Positions 49,500-62,331 of a DNA stretch of 64,000 nt are shown here, in pieces. Numbering within the stretch: position 1 is the first letter of the stretch; each line of letters starts with the position of its first letter. The notes under the pieces are model-generated. The model made no database searches. It had not been told where the DNA came from and saw nothing but the letters and a program-made list of their open reading frames with translations. Both the position numbers and the translations under genes were made by a program. Origin of the DNA: Raillietiella orientalis (Eukaryota); the NCBI GenBank assembly GCA_036172245.1, contig JAYWIR010000012.1, positions 248,001-312,000 on the forward strand, read 5' to 3'.

Positions 49500-49860
49500 A
49501 ATTGATATGCTCTGCAATGATGTAACGCAAGCAGTATGAAGGTCGAGTGGACGAAGGTCAGCGAAGCATTGAAACACTTTCGTCTTTGAACATAAAGCCG
49601 GGGGAGGGAGGAAGGAGGAGGAGGAGAGGCAGGCGAAGACCAGCTAATATGAAATGAAATAATCCCTTTGAACGAAATGCAACCGACCACCCCCGCGGCA
49701 AAGCAAGCAAACTGTTTAAACGTCGGACTTTCCGCCACTCTGACGGGTAGAAGGAAAAAAAAAAAAAAAAAAACACCAACACGAAAAAAATACATCCACG
49801 GATTGAGTACGCGATCGCACTTCAGAATCCCTGCATTTCTACACTTTCTGCATTCCCACC
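49500..49860 (-). pseudogene. Decayed Sina-like relic
   Basis: WECRKCRN.GILKC ... ESPTFKQ, with poly-T expansions. Confidence 0.45.
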
Positions 49861-50441
49861 ACCACCACCTCGTGTTGCATAAGTTTCCCCCCTTTTTTTC
49901 CTTTTTTTTTCTTTGAAGAAAACAAAAAATTGCCATTTCTTCTTCTTTTTTTTTTTTCTTCCCCCCTGAGGAGGATGTTGACAACCCGTTCTCGTTCGAA
50001 AAATCTGGTCGGAATAAGGACAACAGCAGTCTTTTTCCAGGATATTCCGAGAAGCCCGAAGCGACCAGCAGCAGTTCCCCCACCACGCCAATTTAACCCC
50101 CCAATCCTCAAGGAGGTCCAGAAGAAAATTTTGCAATAGAAGACGGGGGAAAAAAAAAAAATGATCAACTCTTCGGGTGAAGTCGAGTCGGGGATTCACC
50201 GACCAACATATTCCATATTCAAAAAGCCCCACGTTGCCTTGCAAATCGCACACAACGGTGTGCCTCGCCATAAACAAAAAAAGAAAGGATTTTTTTTTTT
50301 CTCTTCCTTTTTTGGAGGGGGAAGGATAATCATGCCATTTCGTCAAAATACACGGGAAAAAAAAGAAAAAAAAAATGGTTCTTTCCTCCCAACAGTCGGG
50401 TTTCGAAATGCATTCAGCATCCGATGTCGCACACACACACA

Positions 50442-50476
<35 letters not shown>

Positions 50477-51084
50477 AAAACAAAGAAAAGGGAAGCACAC
50501 GTTCCCAATTGAGAAAGCACATGCAACTGTGATCTGCATGGAGATTCATTACGCAAATGTTCCACTGGCTGGAAGCCACGGCGCTCCGACACAAAGACGA
50601 CACCCAGGCCTTGCAAACGCTCGCCGAGGACCCGCGGAAGAACGGCGCGGATCGCCCACGACGGCGGCATGGATGACCAAAGGAAAAAAATGAGATGGGG
50701 GGGGGGGGGCGGGCGGGCAGAGAGAGAGAGAGAAACAAACAAACAAACGCTTCAGCTAAGAGACGAACGCGTGCACGCGAGAACACCAACACGTGGAGTG
50801 CACGGCGGCGCCACCGTCCCCGGTCTTTCGGCTTCCTCTTCGTCGCTTTCGTGCGCCCCGGTGCGACTCCAGCAGCACCGCAGAGTCCAAAGTGGCGGCG
50901 GCCTTCTTGGCTTTTGCCCGTTCCGGGCAGAGCAGCGAGCAAACGAAGGAGCCCTCCTTTTTCTTTTTTTAAGGGGAGGGGGATGGGAGGGGGGGGGGTT
51001 GGGATTCGTCAACTCGCGCGTGGGCGGGTGCAATCCCGTAAACTCGCCTGAAGACTTCGTAAACAGCGCGCTCCCGGCGTGTTT

Positions 51085-51460
51085 GCCACGCGCTGCCCAC
51101 GCATTTGCCGTTTCCCCGGTTCCAAGTTCCCGAATATTCGGATTAGAAAATCGATTTTCTGGGCCGTCTTCCCGCCTGTTCCTCCCGTGCGAGCCCAGCG
51201 ATTCCACACTGCGTATGGCAATAGATGGACGACGACCTCCCTCGAATTTACAAGTTTCCAGCGATTTCCGTATCTCCCGGGAAGCATCCTCCAACCGTCC
51301 GAAGTAATGGCAACCACATTTCTTCTTCTACGTGCAAACCCTTTTGCCAATTATTATGCGACTTTTGCAAGTGTCCTGCCCTCTCCCCCTCCCCTCTCTG
51401 TGTGTGCGTTCAAGAAGATAATGGTGCTTAAAATGCAGCAGACGGTAATTGAAGAATGAC
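51085..51460 (+). pseudogene. Decayed Sina-like relic
   Basis: RCPRICR ... PPVRAQRFHTAYGNRW ... QRFPY. Confidence 0.45.
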
Positions 51461-51899
51461 ATCACAGCCAAAGGCTCCTTTTACAGGAACGTCCACACGC
51501 GCAGCCAATCCGTGGATTAACAGATCGCTCGTGGATAAGGTCACATCCAACTCGTGACGGCCATTACCGTTCTCAGAAAGATCTCCAGATTTTTTCCGAG
51601 ATCGGCAAGGCAAAACGAAAAAAAAAAAAAAAAAAATCCGAAGTCGATAAACAGTTTATTCAACATCCACCGTGTGGGAGCACTGGAATCCCCTACTCCT
51701 TTTTTCCTTTTGCGGCTGGAAAAGAAGAAAGGAAAAAAGAAGAAGAAGAAGAAGAAGAAAAGGAAAGAAAGAAAGAAAGAAAAAAAAAAAAACCCTCCTT
51801 GATAACACACAGCGATTCGATTACGTGACACTTCTGTCGCAAGCAGCATCCTTCGCAGCAAGGTTTTCGGTGTCCGAACGGACGGAATTCAAAGTTTCA

Positions 51900-52220
51900 T
51901 CACATCACATTAATCTTGTTATTAGCACACGAGTAATCAAACCGAAGAGACAACATCAACAGGGGAGGAAGAAGAAAAAAAAGGGGAAAAGGAAAATCCG
52001 GGTCCACCTCGCATCCTCGGGACGAACCGCGCGTAGCAGCCGCAAAGAGGGAACGGCGCGCTTTCCGGGAATCGGCAAGGGCACTTTCGAACGCGCCCTG
52101 GACGACCGGGCAGGGTGCCCCTCCCTCCCCGGTGCGTTCGGAAGACATTCCGTGCACTGTGGCACGGCCCAGCCCACAGTCCACGAATCCACACGCAGAG
52201 GCGCTGGAGTGAAAAAAGGA
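51900..52220 (-). pseudogene. Decayed Sina-like relic
   Basis: TVHGMSSER ... APCPVVQGAF. Confidence 0.45.
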
Positions 52221-52319
52221 GGGACTGCGAGTGAGGGCCGTGTGAAAAAGAGTGGGGAGCACACGGCGGGCAGCCTTGAACACGCCTAATCTTTTTTGCG
52301 AATAAGCAGATTTAATGTG

Positions 52320-52845
52320 TGTGTACACATAATGAATATCTCTCGCTTTCTCATGAACATACATACACTCACATGTGTGCACCGCACACCAAATTTACAT
52401 ATATATACGCATGTTCATGAGGAAATGAAATTTATTTACATATATACATGTAAACCTAACATGTTACATTAGGTTTACACACATATATATATATTGAATC
52501 TCCCATTTTCTCATGAATGTATATATATATATAGTCACGTGGTGGCTTCCTGTTCTGTGTGGTGATACCACTCTTTTTTTTTTTCAGACAACCTGGCAGA
52601 CTTTGAAGCACATCCTTTTGTTCCAGTGCTTCTCTGTACAGTTTTTGAATTTATATATACACATATCCAAATAGTAGTTATATGTATATATAGTTTTCTC
52701 TCTCAATAATAGTTATATATATCACAATATTACAACTCACATACATAATATATATAAGAATTATACACACATACAACAGAACGATAATTCCTTTTATATA
52801 TATATATATATATATATAAGCAAATCCCATTTTCTCATGAATGAG
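52320..52845. repeat. AT-rich foldback repeat: ~50-bp unit in alternating orientation plus (TA)n
   Basis: ttctcatgaa occurs at ~52348, ~52508 and ~52832, and inverted as ttcatgagga at ~52414. Central hairpin tgtaaacctaa-catgttaca-ttaggtttaca. Confidence 0.75.
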
Positions 52846-52999
52846 CTGAAACATCCCGGTACGAAGAAAGGAGTAAACCTTGAAGAGTGCCCACGTAACC
52901 CCGCACATGCTCGTGTGCAACCTTTTCAAAAAAAATCGGGAACACGTTTTCATGCGTGCATGGGGCAACACATAGGTAATAAGGCATGCTGGTCCCTAA

Positions 53000-53400
53000 A
53001 GTGACGCAATGTGTGAGGCGGCAGCCCTAAAAGTTTCTTCTAGGGGGTAGCAGGAGGAGGATACCCGAATGCACGGAGTGTGTGGGGGAAATTCTGCTTC
53101 CTGCTCCATGCTGTGTGGAGGCAGGATCGATCGACCAACACGCGGCTCGAATCTGCTCAAGATCGGCGACAAACGATTCGGCTGACCTTGGTGTGTGATT
53201 ATAGTAGGTGGACAGAACACTCAGAAAACGCGACGTGCTGCACTGTGGTTCTGCGCGCATCATCGCCTCGCTTACTCCCTTTCCTATTCACCTTTTCATC
53301 TGCTCCAGCTACAGAGTTGCTTCCAGCAACATCACAAGTTTATCGTGATTGCTGACGTTTCCATTACATGATGAACCCAAAGCCACTAAAGCAAAGGCGT
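53000..53400 (+). pseudogene. Decayed Sina-like relic
   Basis: RMHGVCGG ... CSM ... STNTRLES ... LTLVCDY. Confidence 0.55.
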
Positions 53401-53511
53401 GAAGCTGCGACACGAAACGATAAGACTGCACTGGAAGAAACTGCTCTGCCTTGACCACAACGAAGTTCAAAACGCAGGACAGCATGCATCCGGATCTTAA
53501 ATGAAAAAAGG

Positions 53512-53546
53512 AATGCCTTCACGACAGACCCTGTCGTGAAGGCATT
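53512..53546. repeat. Perfect 16-bp inverted repeat, 3-nt loop, A/T-rich flanks
   Basis: aatgccttcacgacag-acc-ctgtcgtgaaggcatt. Confidence 0.95.
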
Positions 53547-53899
53547 TTTTTTTTATTCATAAAACGCAACCACAGCCATGCACGGCAACCGCACCTACAA
53601 CCCTACAACCTTTCGATGCACTTGCACAGGTGCAAAAGCCGAGGAAAACTGAGATACATACTGACACACAAATTGGATGGTGGTCAAGTAGGTAACAGCA
53701 AGTGAGTCTTGGGACATTTGCAATCTGCTAGACTCATAAAAAAAAACAAAAAAAAACTTGGGCAAATGTCTTATTGCAGGCTTCCACAATGCAAGGCCTT
53801 GCCAGAACAAAGGGAATGTGAAGGCGAATCATCCCCAGTCGCAATCCCTGAAAGCTTGATTCTTTTTTCCTTTTGAAGTTGAGTGTTCATTCAGCTCAG

Positions 53900-54240
53900 A
53901 TAAAGTGAGTGCGCCTTTGACCACACCTAGAAGACCCGTGATCTTGCTTGATTTCCTTCATACACTTGCACATCCCAAAGGAGACACAATGACTAGAGCT
54001 AAAGCTCCAAAATGATCTGTCACAGTGCATGCAACTTCCACATTCCAGACACTGAATTTTGGGAGGCAAGCACTGCAGATGAGCAAAATACTAAAGTTCT
54101 GGAAATTGTTTTCAGCTTTTCCTCCAACTCTTGCATATCAGCGCACTTCTTGAAGAGCATCAGTTAGTGATTCTCCATTTTCTGACCAAACACATGAAGT
54201 GTCTGGAACCTGTGGCCCAAGCATCCAAGTGACAGTCTTG
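53900..54240 (-). pseudogene. Decayed Sina-like relic
   Basis: LGCLGHRFQ ... KKCADMQEL ... QNFS ... VEVAC. Confidence 0.55.
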
Positions 54241-56099
54241 TCAGAGTGAAATCTTTTCAAAATGCATTTTTAATTACATTACATTTACTAAATAGGCTTG
54301 TGTGTGTATCCCTCTCACAAAGAAATGAAATCTTTTCCAGAAAGGCAATTCCATTTCCACATCTTTTCCAGTGCACCACAGTTTTGGATCCACACTGTGG
54401 ATTATTCAGGAAGAAAATGAGCGACCTGCATTCAGTCAGATAGGAAATCACGTATGAGATATGGAAAACGTGTGAAGAGAACAAACGAATAAAATTCAAA
54501 TGGCCATTATAACTTCTTCTCTGTCTCATAAAAAGGAAAAAAATACTTGAATGATTTTTGCATTAATATCATTAAACAACACACCACACATATGTAATGT
54601 GTATCTAGACTGCAAAGGCAAATAGCCAAACTGAAAAAGTTAACTTGGTTAAAGTTAACAGTTTTAGTGAAAATTTTTTTTACCCCCAAACCAATGTCAC
54701 TTGTCAAAAGTTAAAGGCAGCGAGTGTGCAGTGGGGGAGCTTTCAGGCCAGAATTCCTTGTACAGACTGAAGATTCTGAACATTCCCTGGATTACTCCAG
54801 TAAAAAATACACACATGCAAATAAAAAGACAAAATAATACAGGCACCTCTGAAGTTCGAATTTATAAAATCAATCAACTTTGCATCAAAAACGGCTTTAT
54901 TTGCATGACTCACATTCCACGAAAGCATATTCCATCCCTTGCACAGTTACTATCGTGTCACATGATTATTCTCAAACATGGTGTTTTCTAGAAATGATAA
55001 TCAACAGCTGAGACCAATTCAGGAAAGTCTAAATCTCTGCCCATCAATGGAACAGTACAACTTCCTCCTCAATAAAAGTTACTTTTGGTTTCAAGTGATC
55101 AAAATGAATTGAAGAAAAGTCATGTTTCCAAACAGTTGAAGTAAATGAAAACTTCACTTTCACTCCAATTATGAACATGTTATGTTCAATGATAACATTT
55201 GTCATTCAAAGAAACACTGACAAATATTAAAGGGAGCATCACTAACATGAATGATGCTTGAAATTAATGAAACTTTTGTAATTATCAATCAATATCACGA
55301 TTCAGCAGATATACCTTCTAATGTGATGTAGTAACCACACAGTCAAATGTGACTATCTTTTATTTACTCCTTTTTGCACTCAGACACAGAGAACTATGGT
55401 TATTCTTGGTAACTGTCGAACTTGTGAACTATTTAACAATAACAATGTAGTTATTTGTCATTTGTTGTTTCCATGTCTTGAAAACACTCTTGTAATTTGA
55501 GTGACTCAGCCTAGACTCCATTTACACAAACACGCAAAATTATTACTTTCTATTTAATGCAATCAATGATCACAGATTCTTTACATTGTGAAATTATTAC
55601 CAACACTCGCATTTCACTTTTCTTTACTTTTCACCTCTGTAATAATGGATATCCAGAATCTTATACAATGCACTTCATCCCTCTTGACAGGAAACAAAAC
55701 AAACTGAATTTTTTACCTCCCATAATCGCATGATGAATGGAAAACTTTCCTTTGGGACTATAAGCCTATTCAAGCACATTAGTATTTGTATAAATCACTT
55801 AATCAGCCTTGATTCTTAGTTTGATCCAAACATCTAGCATCTCTCATAACAGCAATTTGAATAAGCAATGAGGAGATTTTCAAATCCGGAAACCTGTCCC
55901 ATCATGAGTACTCAGGCTACACAGAATCTCGAAATTTTTGCAGCAATTCTGCAATTTGATGGATTTTATTCCAAACACCTTATGCCTAAATCTTTGAAAA
56001 CATTAATATATGGATAAATGAACTTCATAATGACCAGCTTTTTGTTCATATAAATGTGCGTGCAATTCATTCTCAATGATCTTTTTAAAATAAACACTT

Positions 56100-56465
56100 A
56101 GATTTTCATCCATCAAACTCAATGACCATCATAAGTCATAAATCACGGACAAGATGAGATGAACGCATTTTACCGTTGAGATGAATTAAATGACATAGGT
56201 GTCTGCATGCTGATCCAAATTAGACTTCTAATATGGATTCAATAAATTCTGCCTACATGAAACTTTTGTAGTTTCTTATGAAAACAACCAACCCTTCATT
56301 ACTCACATCAATTTTTGCTTTTTTTCTAATTTTGGAATAATTCACACCTTTCTTGCAACAATTCAATTCTGCAAAACAAATACCTGAACTTTGTGAATAT
56401 TTTTCACTTGAAAGCACTATTTTTCTATCTGAGCATGGCAAGTAACAACATGAACATGCATGCAT
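56100..56465 (-). pseudogene. Decayed Sina-like relic
   Basis: YLPCSDRKIV ... GICFAEL ... VNYS ... IDVSNEG. Confidence 0.45.
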
Positions 56466-56683
56466 GATTCAGAAACTATTTCCGTACACAAATGGTGAAG
56501 CATGACTAATCAGGCTGCAAACACTTGTCATAAGACAGGTGATAATTCTCGAGGGTAAACAAAAATTACATTACCTTCGATTTTTAACGGATTCTTCAAT
56601 ACACACCAAGCTGCACCTATCAAAGTATGTTCCACTGAAAATTACTGGATAAGCATAGTTGTCAAGAGGAGAATGACCAGTTT

Positions 56684-56893
56684 TTGAATCAAATCCCTAG
56701 ACACTTGCTAGCACTTACTGGTTGCTGGAAAAAGAATTTTACATGTTATTCATATCAAACAGAAACATCAAAAATCATAGGATCTTCAACGGTAATTAAT
56801 CACGAATTGTTGGATTCAGATCAAAGCACAGTGAGCACAGCACACCCTGGTTACGACTGCACACTGTTCAGTTTTCACAGCATATGTGGATGA
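56684..56893 (+). pseudogene. Decayed Sina-like relic
   Basis: PRHLLALTGCW ... FTCYSYQ ... VINHEL. Confidence 0.35.
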
Positions 56894-57240
56894 CACACTG
56901 AGTGCACACACCCTGGTCTGATACGCAAATCTCTGCCTACATCCGAGGAGCACCGCCGGAAGTTCTACAGAGGCTTTCTACCGAAGACATCTGCACCTTG
57001 CTCCAGAAAGTGACTTCGATGCTCACACACCTAAGCACGATTGTACCCACATAACCACGCTTTCTCAATTAAAAACATCCACACTGGGTCAAGAATGCGA
57101 GTAGGAGAGAAGGCACCCATCCAAATGAGCCTGCATTTTGTTCATTTCGAGACGTAAAACGGTCGTGGCATTGCAAACATAAACTTCCGTATTTCCGTGT
57201 TTGTTTACAACTCGTCGAGTATATGGCCAGCACAAACAAG

Positions 57241-57690
57241 CTATCTATTTGAAAGCAGCCCTTTCGTGGATCCTCCCTGAAATCCCGAGGTGGTGGGAAG
57301 AGATGGGATCTCACAAGTGGGTTCGATGGATTGCATGGATCGTTCTTCTTTCTTAGAGAAACCGCACTTAATTTGAAGGATGGACATTCGTGCTCTGTCC
57401 CTTTTAGTCCAGCATAAGAGATTCTTCAGGCACTGTCCGCCGTCCAGATGCATTATCTTCCGAAATTCGGTGATCGACTTGAAAATCTCTTGCACACTTT
57501 CCACTACTTGAGATCCGCACTTGAGTTTACAGATAATTCCGCACTTTGCAGACTCAATTTGATACGGAGGCTGTGTACTGTGTACTAACAAAATAATGGA
57601 CACTCACGCGTTTTAGGAAACAAGATGAAATCAACCACAGGTAAATAAACATACGATACAGTTACACAAGGAAAGTTTTTCATTGGGATC
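57241..57690 (-). pseudogene. Decayed Sina-like relic
   Basis: NFPCVTVSYVYLP ... GIICKLKC ... LKNLL ... LQIKCGF. Confidence 0.45.
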
Positions 57691-58009
57691 CTAAAACAAA
57701 CGTATCGCAGCAAAACAGAAAACACCATATTTGAACCCCCCAAGATAAAATGAAACGAACAGTGGATACAGAGTGGAAGCCAGTACATGGGATCTAAATG
57801 GATTTTATTTTTCATTAATCAGTTCTAATAATTTTCTATTAACCAACTCATGCCCGGACATTCTAAAGAGTAACATAAAACATTGTTGATCAAAACGCTT
57901 TTATTTATTCAAACACCGGGTAATGCATCGAGAATTCTGTGAAATTTAAGTAAACAAACTCTGCTGTTCTTGTGTATGAGTCAGAATGGATTGGATGACA
58001 GAGATGAAA

Positions 58010-58400
58010 CAAATGCGAATGCTTCAAGAGGGTAGGAATTTCGTTTCCCCAGCTCACAGTCCGAATCCTCCAATTTTCTGAAACATACACAAGAGAGGAA
58101 ACCAAGTCCCATTTAAACTGATCCGTGGCAGAACCGTTCAAACCTGTGATTTCTTTTTAAGCCGTGGTTTCCGTTCATGGATCACTCTGCCTTCATTCAA
58201 AGCACAACAACAATCGTCATGGACTCTGATTCCATATGGAAGCATTGATCTCTCTTTCAGCAATAAATGTAAATGTCAAGTGCAAATGTGGCTCATTAGT
58301 ATTTGCTTTGAACTCAAAAACGCTGCTTGTTCCAGAATGCGAGTACATTTTTAACTTTGAAAAGGGTATAATGACAACCACAGTATTATGCAATATACCT
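58010..58400 (+). pseudogene. Decayed Sina-like relic
   Basis: ECFKR ... RGRTVQTC ... LCLHSK ... MEALIS..VNVKCK ... PECEY. Confidence 0.45.
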
Positions 58401-59742
58401 GTTGTGCAGACTCCTCATGTCGGATTCGATGCATTTTTCTATCTTATTAGGAACAATGACGACTTCTATAGCAGCATTTCCAATTATTTCTCTAGATTGC
58501 TTTTATTTCCATATGGCTTATCAGTTCTTACTTTAATGGTGTTTTGTCATTTCTCTTCTTTTATAGCATTTGCAACTTCTTTATAAAGTTTACCCTCATT
58601 AGCTATCATTCGCCATCGTATTCATTTCATTAAAGACACCGATATCACTCTTTTTTCATTTTTATTTCTATCTCTATAAAAGGCCAACAGCGGCCTCACG
58701 GAGAGATCGTTACTATTGCCTAGAATGATGGAAATCCTTTTGAGTTTTGTTATCACTACTTTCCTCCTAGCTTTTTTTTTTTTTTTTGGTTCATCACATA
58801 GTTATCACATTTATCAGTCACGAGATAATAATAGCTCCTCTTGTCTAGCACGTACTTCTATTGCTCCGTTTGGATAAGAAAGCACTAAAAGAAAGTGTAA
58901 AAGACTTCTAACCATGATCGAACAATAGATCGTATAGTTACAATGATCTCATTCTAGCGTAATTAAACAAGTTAATGATGCGAAATCATTGCTGTCATTA
59001 CTACGCTTAGTTTGTTTGCTTCCTAATTTGTCAATCATGCTAAAAGTAGATCCGAAAACATGCCTTATTTCGTTTTTGATATTAAATTTTTGCAGTCTCC
59101 AATCTATTCAAAGGAAACCAATATCCTCAAAAGCAGAAAACTTTGATTCCATGGTACTTTCCTCATGACTTTAACTATTTTCGAAGATTTATAATCTCAG
59201 TACTATTACAGAGTTCCCTGTTGATCAAAGCCACAGATCTTCGAGACGGTACGCTGGTGTTAACCTGATTGCAAGATGAACTTAAACATGAGGTCATCTT
59301 AACTTCAGGAGCTAAGAGACATGGAAAAAAATCATAATAAATTAATGATAGGTACAAGGCTGAGCAATACACTGCAAAAAATGGGCAAACTAAAACTTGA
59401 ATCAAGAATTTCTATAATTTCTATAATTTGAAATACATAAATTGAAAACAATGGAATTTTTTTTTTTAACTATTAAGCTAAGGTTCTCCCATAACCAGGA
59501 AGCGAGGTCAGCGGAGTATTTATTTGTTCGTATTTTCCACCTATTTTTTTTCACAGAACCTGGAAATAATCAATACTATTGATCAGTAATAACCTTTAAA
59601 GAAGTTTCATTTTGCCTTTCTGCACGATTACTCTTGTTACATCTGTAGCTACTATGCTTTTTTCGGCGTTTCCCCCAAAAATCTATCTTTGGTTTACCCA
59701 TTTTTCTGCTAAGCATTATTTTATATCGTTGATTTTTCGTTG

Positions 59743-59946
59743 TCAACTCATTTTTACGGAATCCTTAATTGAGTCTTGCGAAATTTGACCCAAGTGGCCT
59801 ACAGTTTTTGTAAATCCACTGTATCTGTGATCTACGAATGCGGTTTCAAAATTACGTACAGGAGCTGAACGATGTTTTTCATACATCCAATCTGTTTTTT
59901 TTTTGTATTCAGAAAACATATCTCCTCCTCCTGTACAGATCGTCAC
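59743..59946 (-). pseudogene. Decayed Sina-like relic
   Basis: ICTGGGDMFSEY ... PVRNFE. Confidence 0.35.
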
Positions 59947-60599
59947 ACAAATTTTGTTTTTCTGCTAATATTCTAGTTGCTCTTCTAGATACTCACAAAG
60001 TCCTACTGTTTTAAAGACTCCATTGGATGTTATATGGCACGTACTTCCCTTATATATATATATGTATATATATCCAACAACTCATCATTGGGTACGATGC
60101 CTGGAACAACTGGATGCCTCTGAAAGATCTGACTAATGTTTGGCATTTTCAGCATCGTTCGACAATGATTTCACTATTCTTTCTGAACTAGCGAGTTTCC
60201 TTGGACTACTATTTCTTCGATTTCTGTCTTATCTCCTGTAGTCCCTATTTTTTCAAGTAGCTTCACTCAATTTCTGAGTGAATTCCACACGTTGCGAAGC
60301 TGCAACGGATTTCACTAGCACTGGAGAGTGTGTTTTCTGTTGGACCTTGCGCAGGTCTCAATAGGATGGGAATGAAACTCTGGGGTTGCCTTTCTGTGAG
60401 GATCTCGAAACACAGGATGGTTTAGCCTAAAAGCGTTTCTTCGGCAAAGAAAAATGCATTTGCTTCTAACTCGTAGTATCAGTTGCTTACTTGATGTACA
60501 TTTTTCCTTCTCTCGTGTTACGCAACATCCGGCTTTATTTCCACTCCTTCCACATCTTACGCCTGAATACCTTCTCTGTTAAAAAAAGATCTTCCGCAA

Positions 60600-60930
60600 A
60601 GAGGATTTGGCACCCAGCTGCCGATTTACCCTTCCGCCGCATCGCAAATGTTTGCGTGTACGGCGCGCGATCCTCCGTCCCGTACGACGTTGTACAGAGG
60701 CGAGACTCGGAACTTGTGCCGTGGTTCCCAAGGCGAAGGTGTGGTCTGCTTAGCCCATACCGGATGAAAGGTTGCGGCGGTTGAAGTGGGAAAGAAGTTG
60801 GCCTCTCTCACACAAACACCGATGTGTCTTCTATCAAGTCGAGTGTTCTTTGCAACAGCAGTCTTTTGGAGCACCCGTGCGGTTTGCGCCAAAAGTCTGC
60901 AGCCGCAAACCCTGTTCTGCAACCCGGGAA
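60600..60930 (-). pseudogene. Decayed Sina-like relic
   Basis: QNRVCGC ... VAKNTRLDR (compare NTRLE at 53.1 kb and RNTRW at 29.4 kb). Confidence 0.45.
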
Positions 60931-61129
60931 TTGAACGTTTCTGAATCAGAGGTGAAGGTTCTGTGAGGAGTCATTTTCATGTTGTTGCAGCCATTGCTTT
61001 TACTTATGTTTCCCAGGAAGGTAATTGATCAGCAGTCAACATTACAGGTAGCAGCAGTTTAGGCGTGTTTTTGTTTTTTTTGTCTGCCCATTTTTAATGG
61101 ATCTTTAGGAATACAAGCCGTGTTTTGCA

Positions 61130-61500
61130 CCAAAATGTGCACGTAGTGCATACAGCAAGGATTTTGTGCACCTAAGAGGTTGGGATCTTCTATGTTTACT
61201 GGAGACCTGGTATATTCTTTACAGCATCCGTGTTGCGGTGGAATTCATAAAGATTTGTACAACACTTCATGAAATGCACTAACCTTATACCAAGAGAGCA
61301 ACCACGAATCGTGCTTTATTAATATCCATTGTATAAGTTTAGAATGAGGTGGCTGCTTGACCAATGTGCTTTTATTTGGGTGAATGCATTTCTGCAGGAT
61401 GTAAGTGGATGTTGCTCTTGCTCACCAATTTTAGCTTAGTCTATTGGTGGAAGTGTTTTATGCTAAAGCTGTTCATTGCTATCAATGAATCTCAATGCAT
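61130..61500 (+). pseudogene. Decayed Sina-like relic
   Basis: KCARS ... CCGGIH/KICTT ... AGCKW. Confidence 0.35.
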
Positions 61501-62331
61501 GCACTGTAGCAATCATGACATGCTGTTGTTGCCAATGGCTGGTTATGAAATTCATTTTGTCTTGGAATGAATTTCCAATCATTGAGATAATTTCAAAAAT
61601 TCTGCTCAAGTTGTGGAAGCTTGTTGAATTTTGCATGTTGAAGAATACACCTGCATTATTGATGGCTGATCAGTGTTTATCCATGCAATTAATTCATTTA
61701 TAGATTTCATTAAATAAATTATTTCTGGAGTATGTAAGAATATGAAGCAACTTTAACTTTGTCAATCTCTAAAAATATGGCATTAGCTTGCATAAATTTC
61801 AGCAATCAGATCCAGATTCTGCTTTATGGATCAAGTGATCCTAAAGTAGAGTGTGAACAACTGCACATATGCAAAAGCACAAACTCCGTATACACTTTGA
61901 ACTTGGATTCAAAAACACAAGTTTTGGATTAAAATTTAATTCAGGATACGAGATTAAAAGAGAGTAACAGTGGGCAAAAAAATTTCATGCTTGGTGAGGA
62001 CCAAAAAAACAATTTGTTAAGTTTCTGTACAGAGGGAAATGCCATAATAAATTATTCTTTGGAGTCATAGTAATTTTCCTTCCCAATTGCTTTACTTTAG
62101 AAAGCTGGTAGTGGGAAAAGTGGGATACATCTGTGACATAGGGAGAGGATATTTTTATCCCTGATAAATGCTTGAATTTATTTTGCTCTGAAATCTAATG
62201 CAGGTTGGCATCCAAACTTTATTTTTTGCTATGCAGATTGCACAACAGTGAAATTAAAGTACACAAAATAAAATTGTTACTTATATAGGTACAAAGTAAA
62301 TGGACGGATATAAAATGACAAAGTGCTTCTG

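Noticed and set aside
53512..53554. Hairpin plus poly-T resembling a bacterial intrinsic terminator
   Set aside because: The context is eukaryotic with spliced genes, and there is no bacterial gene nearby.
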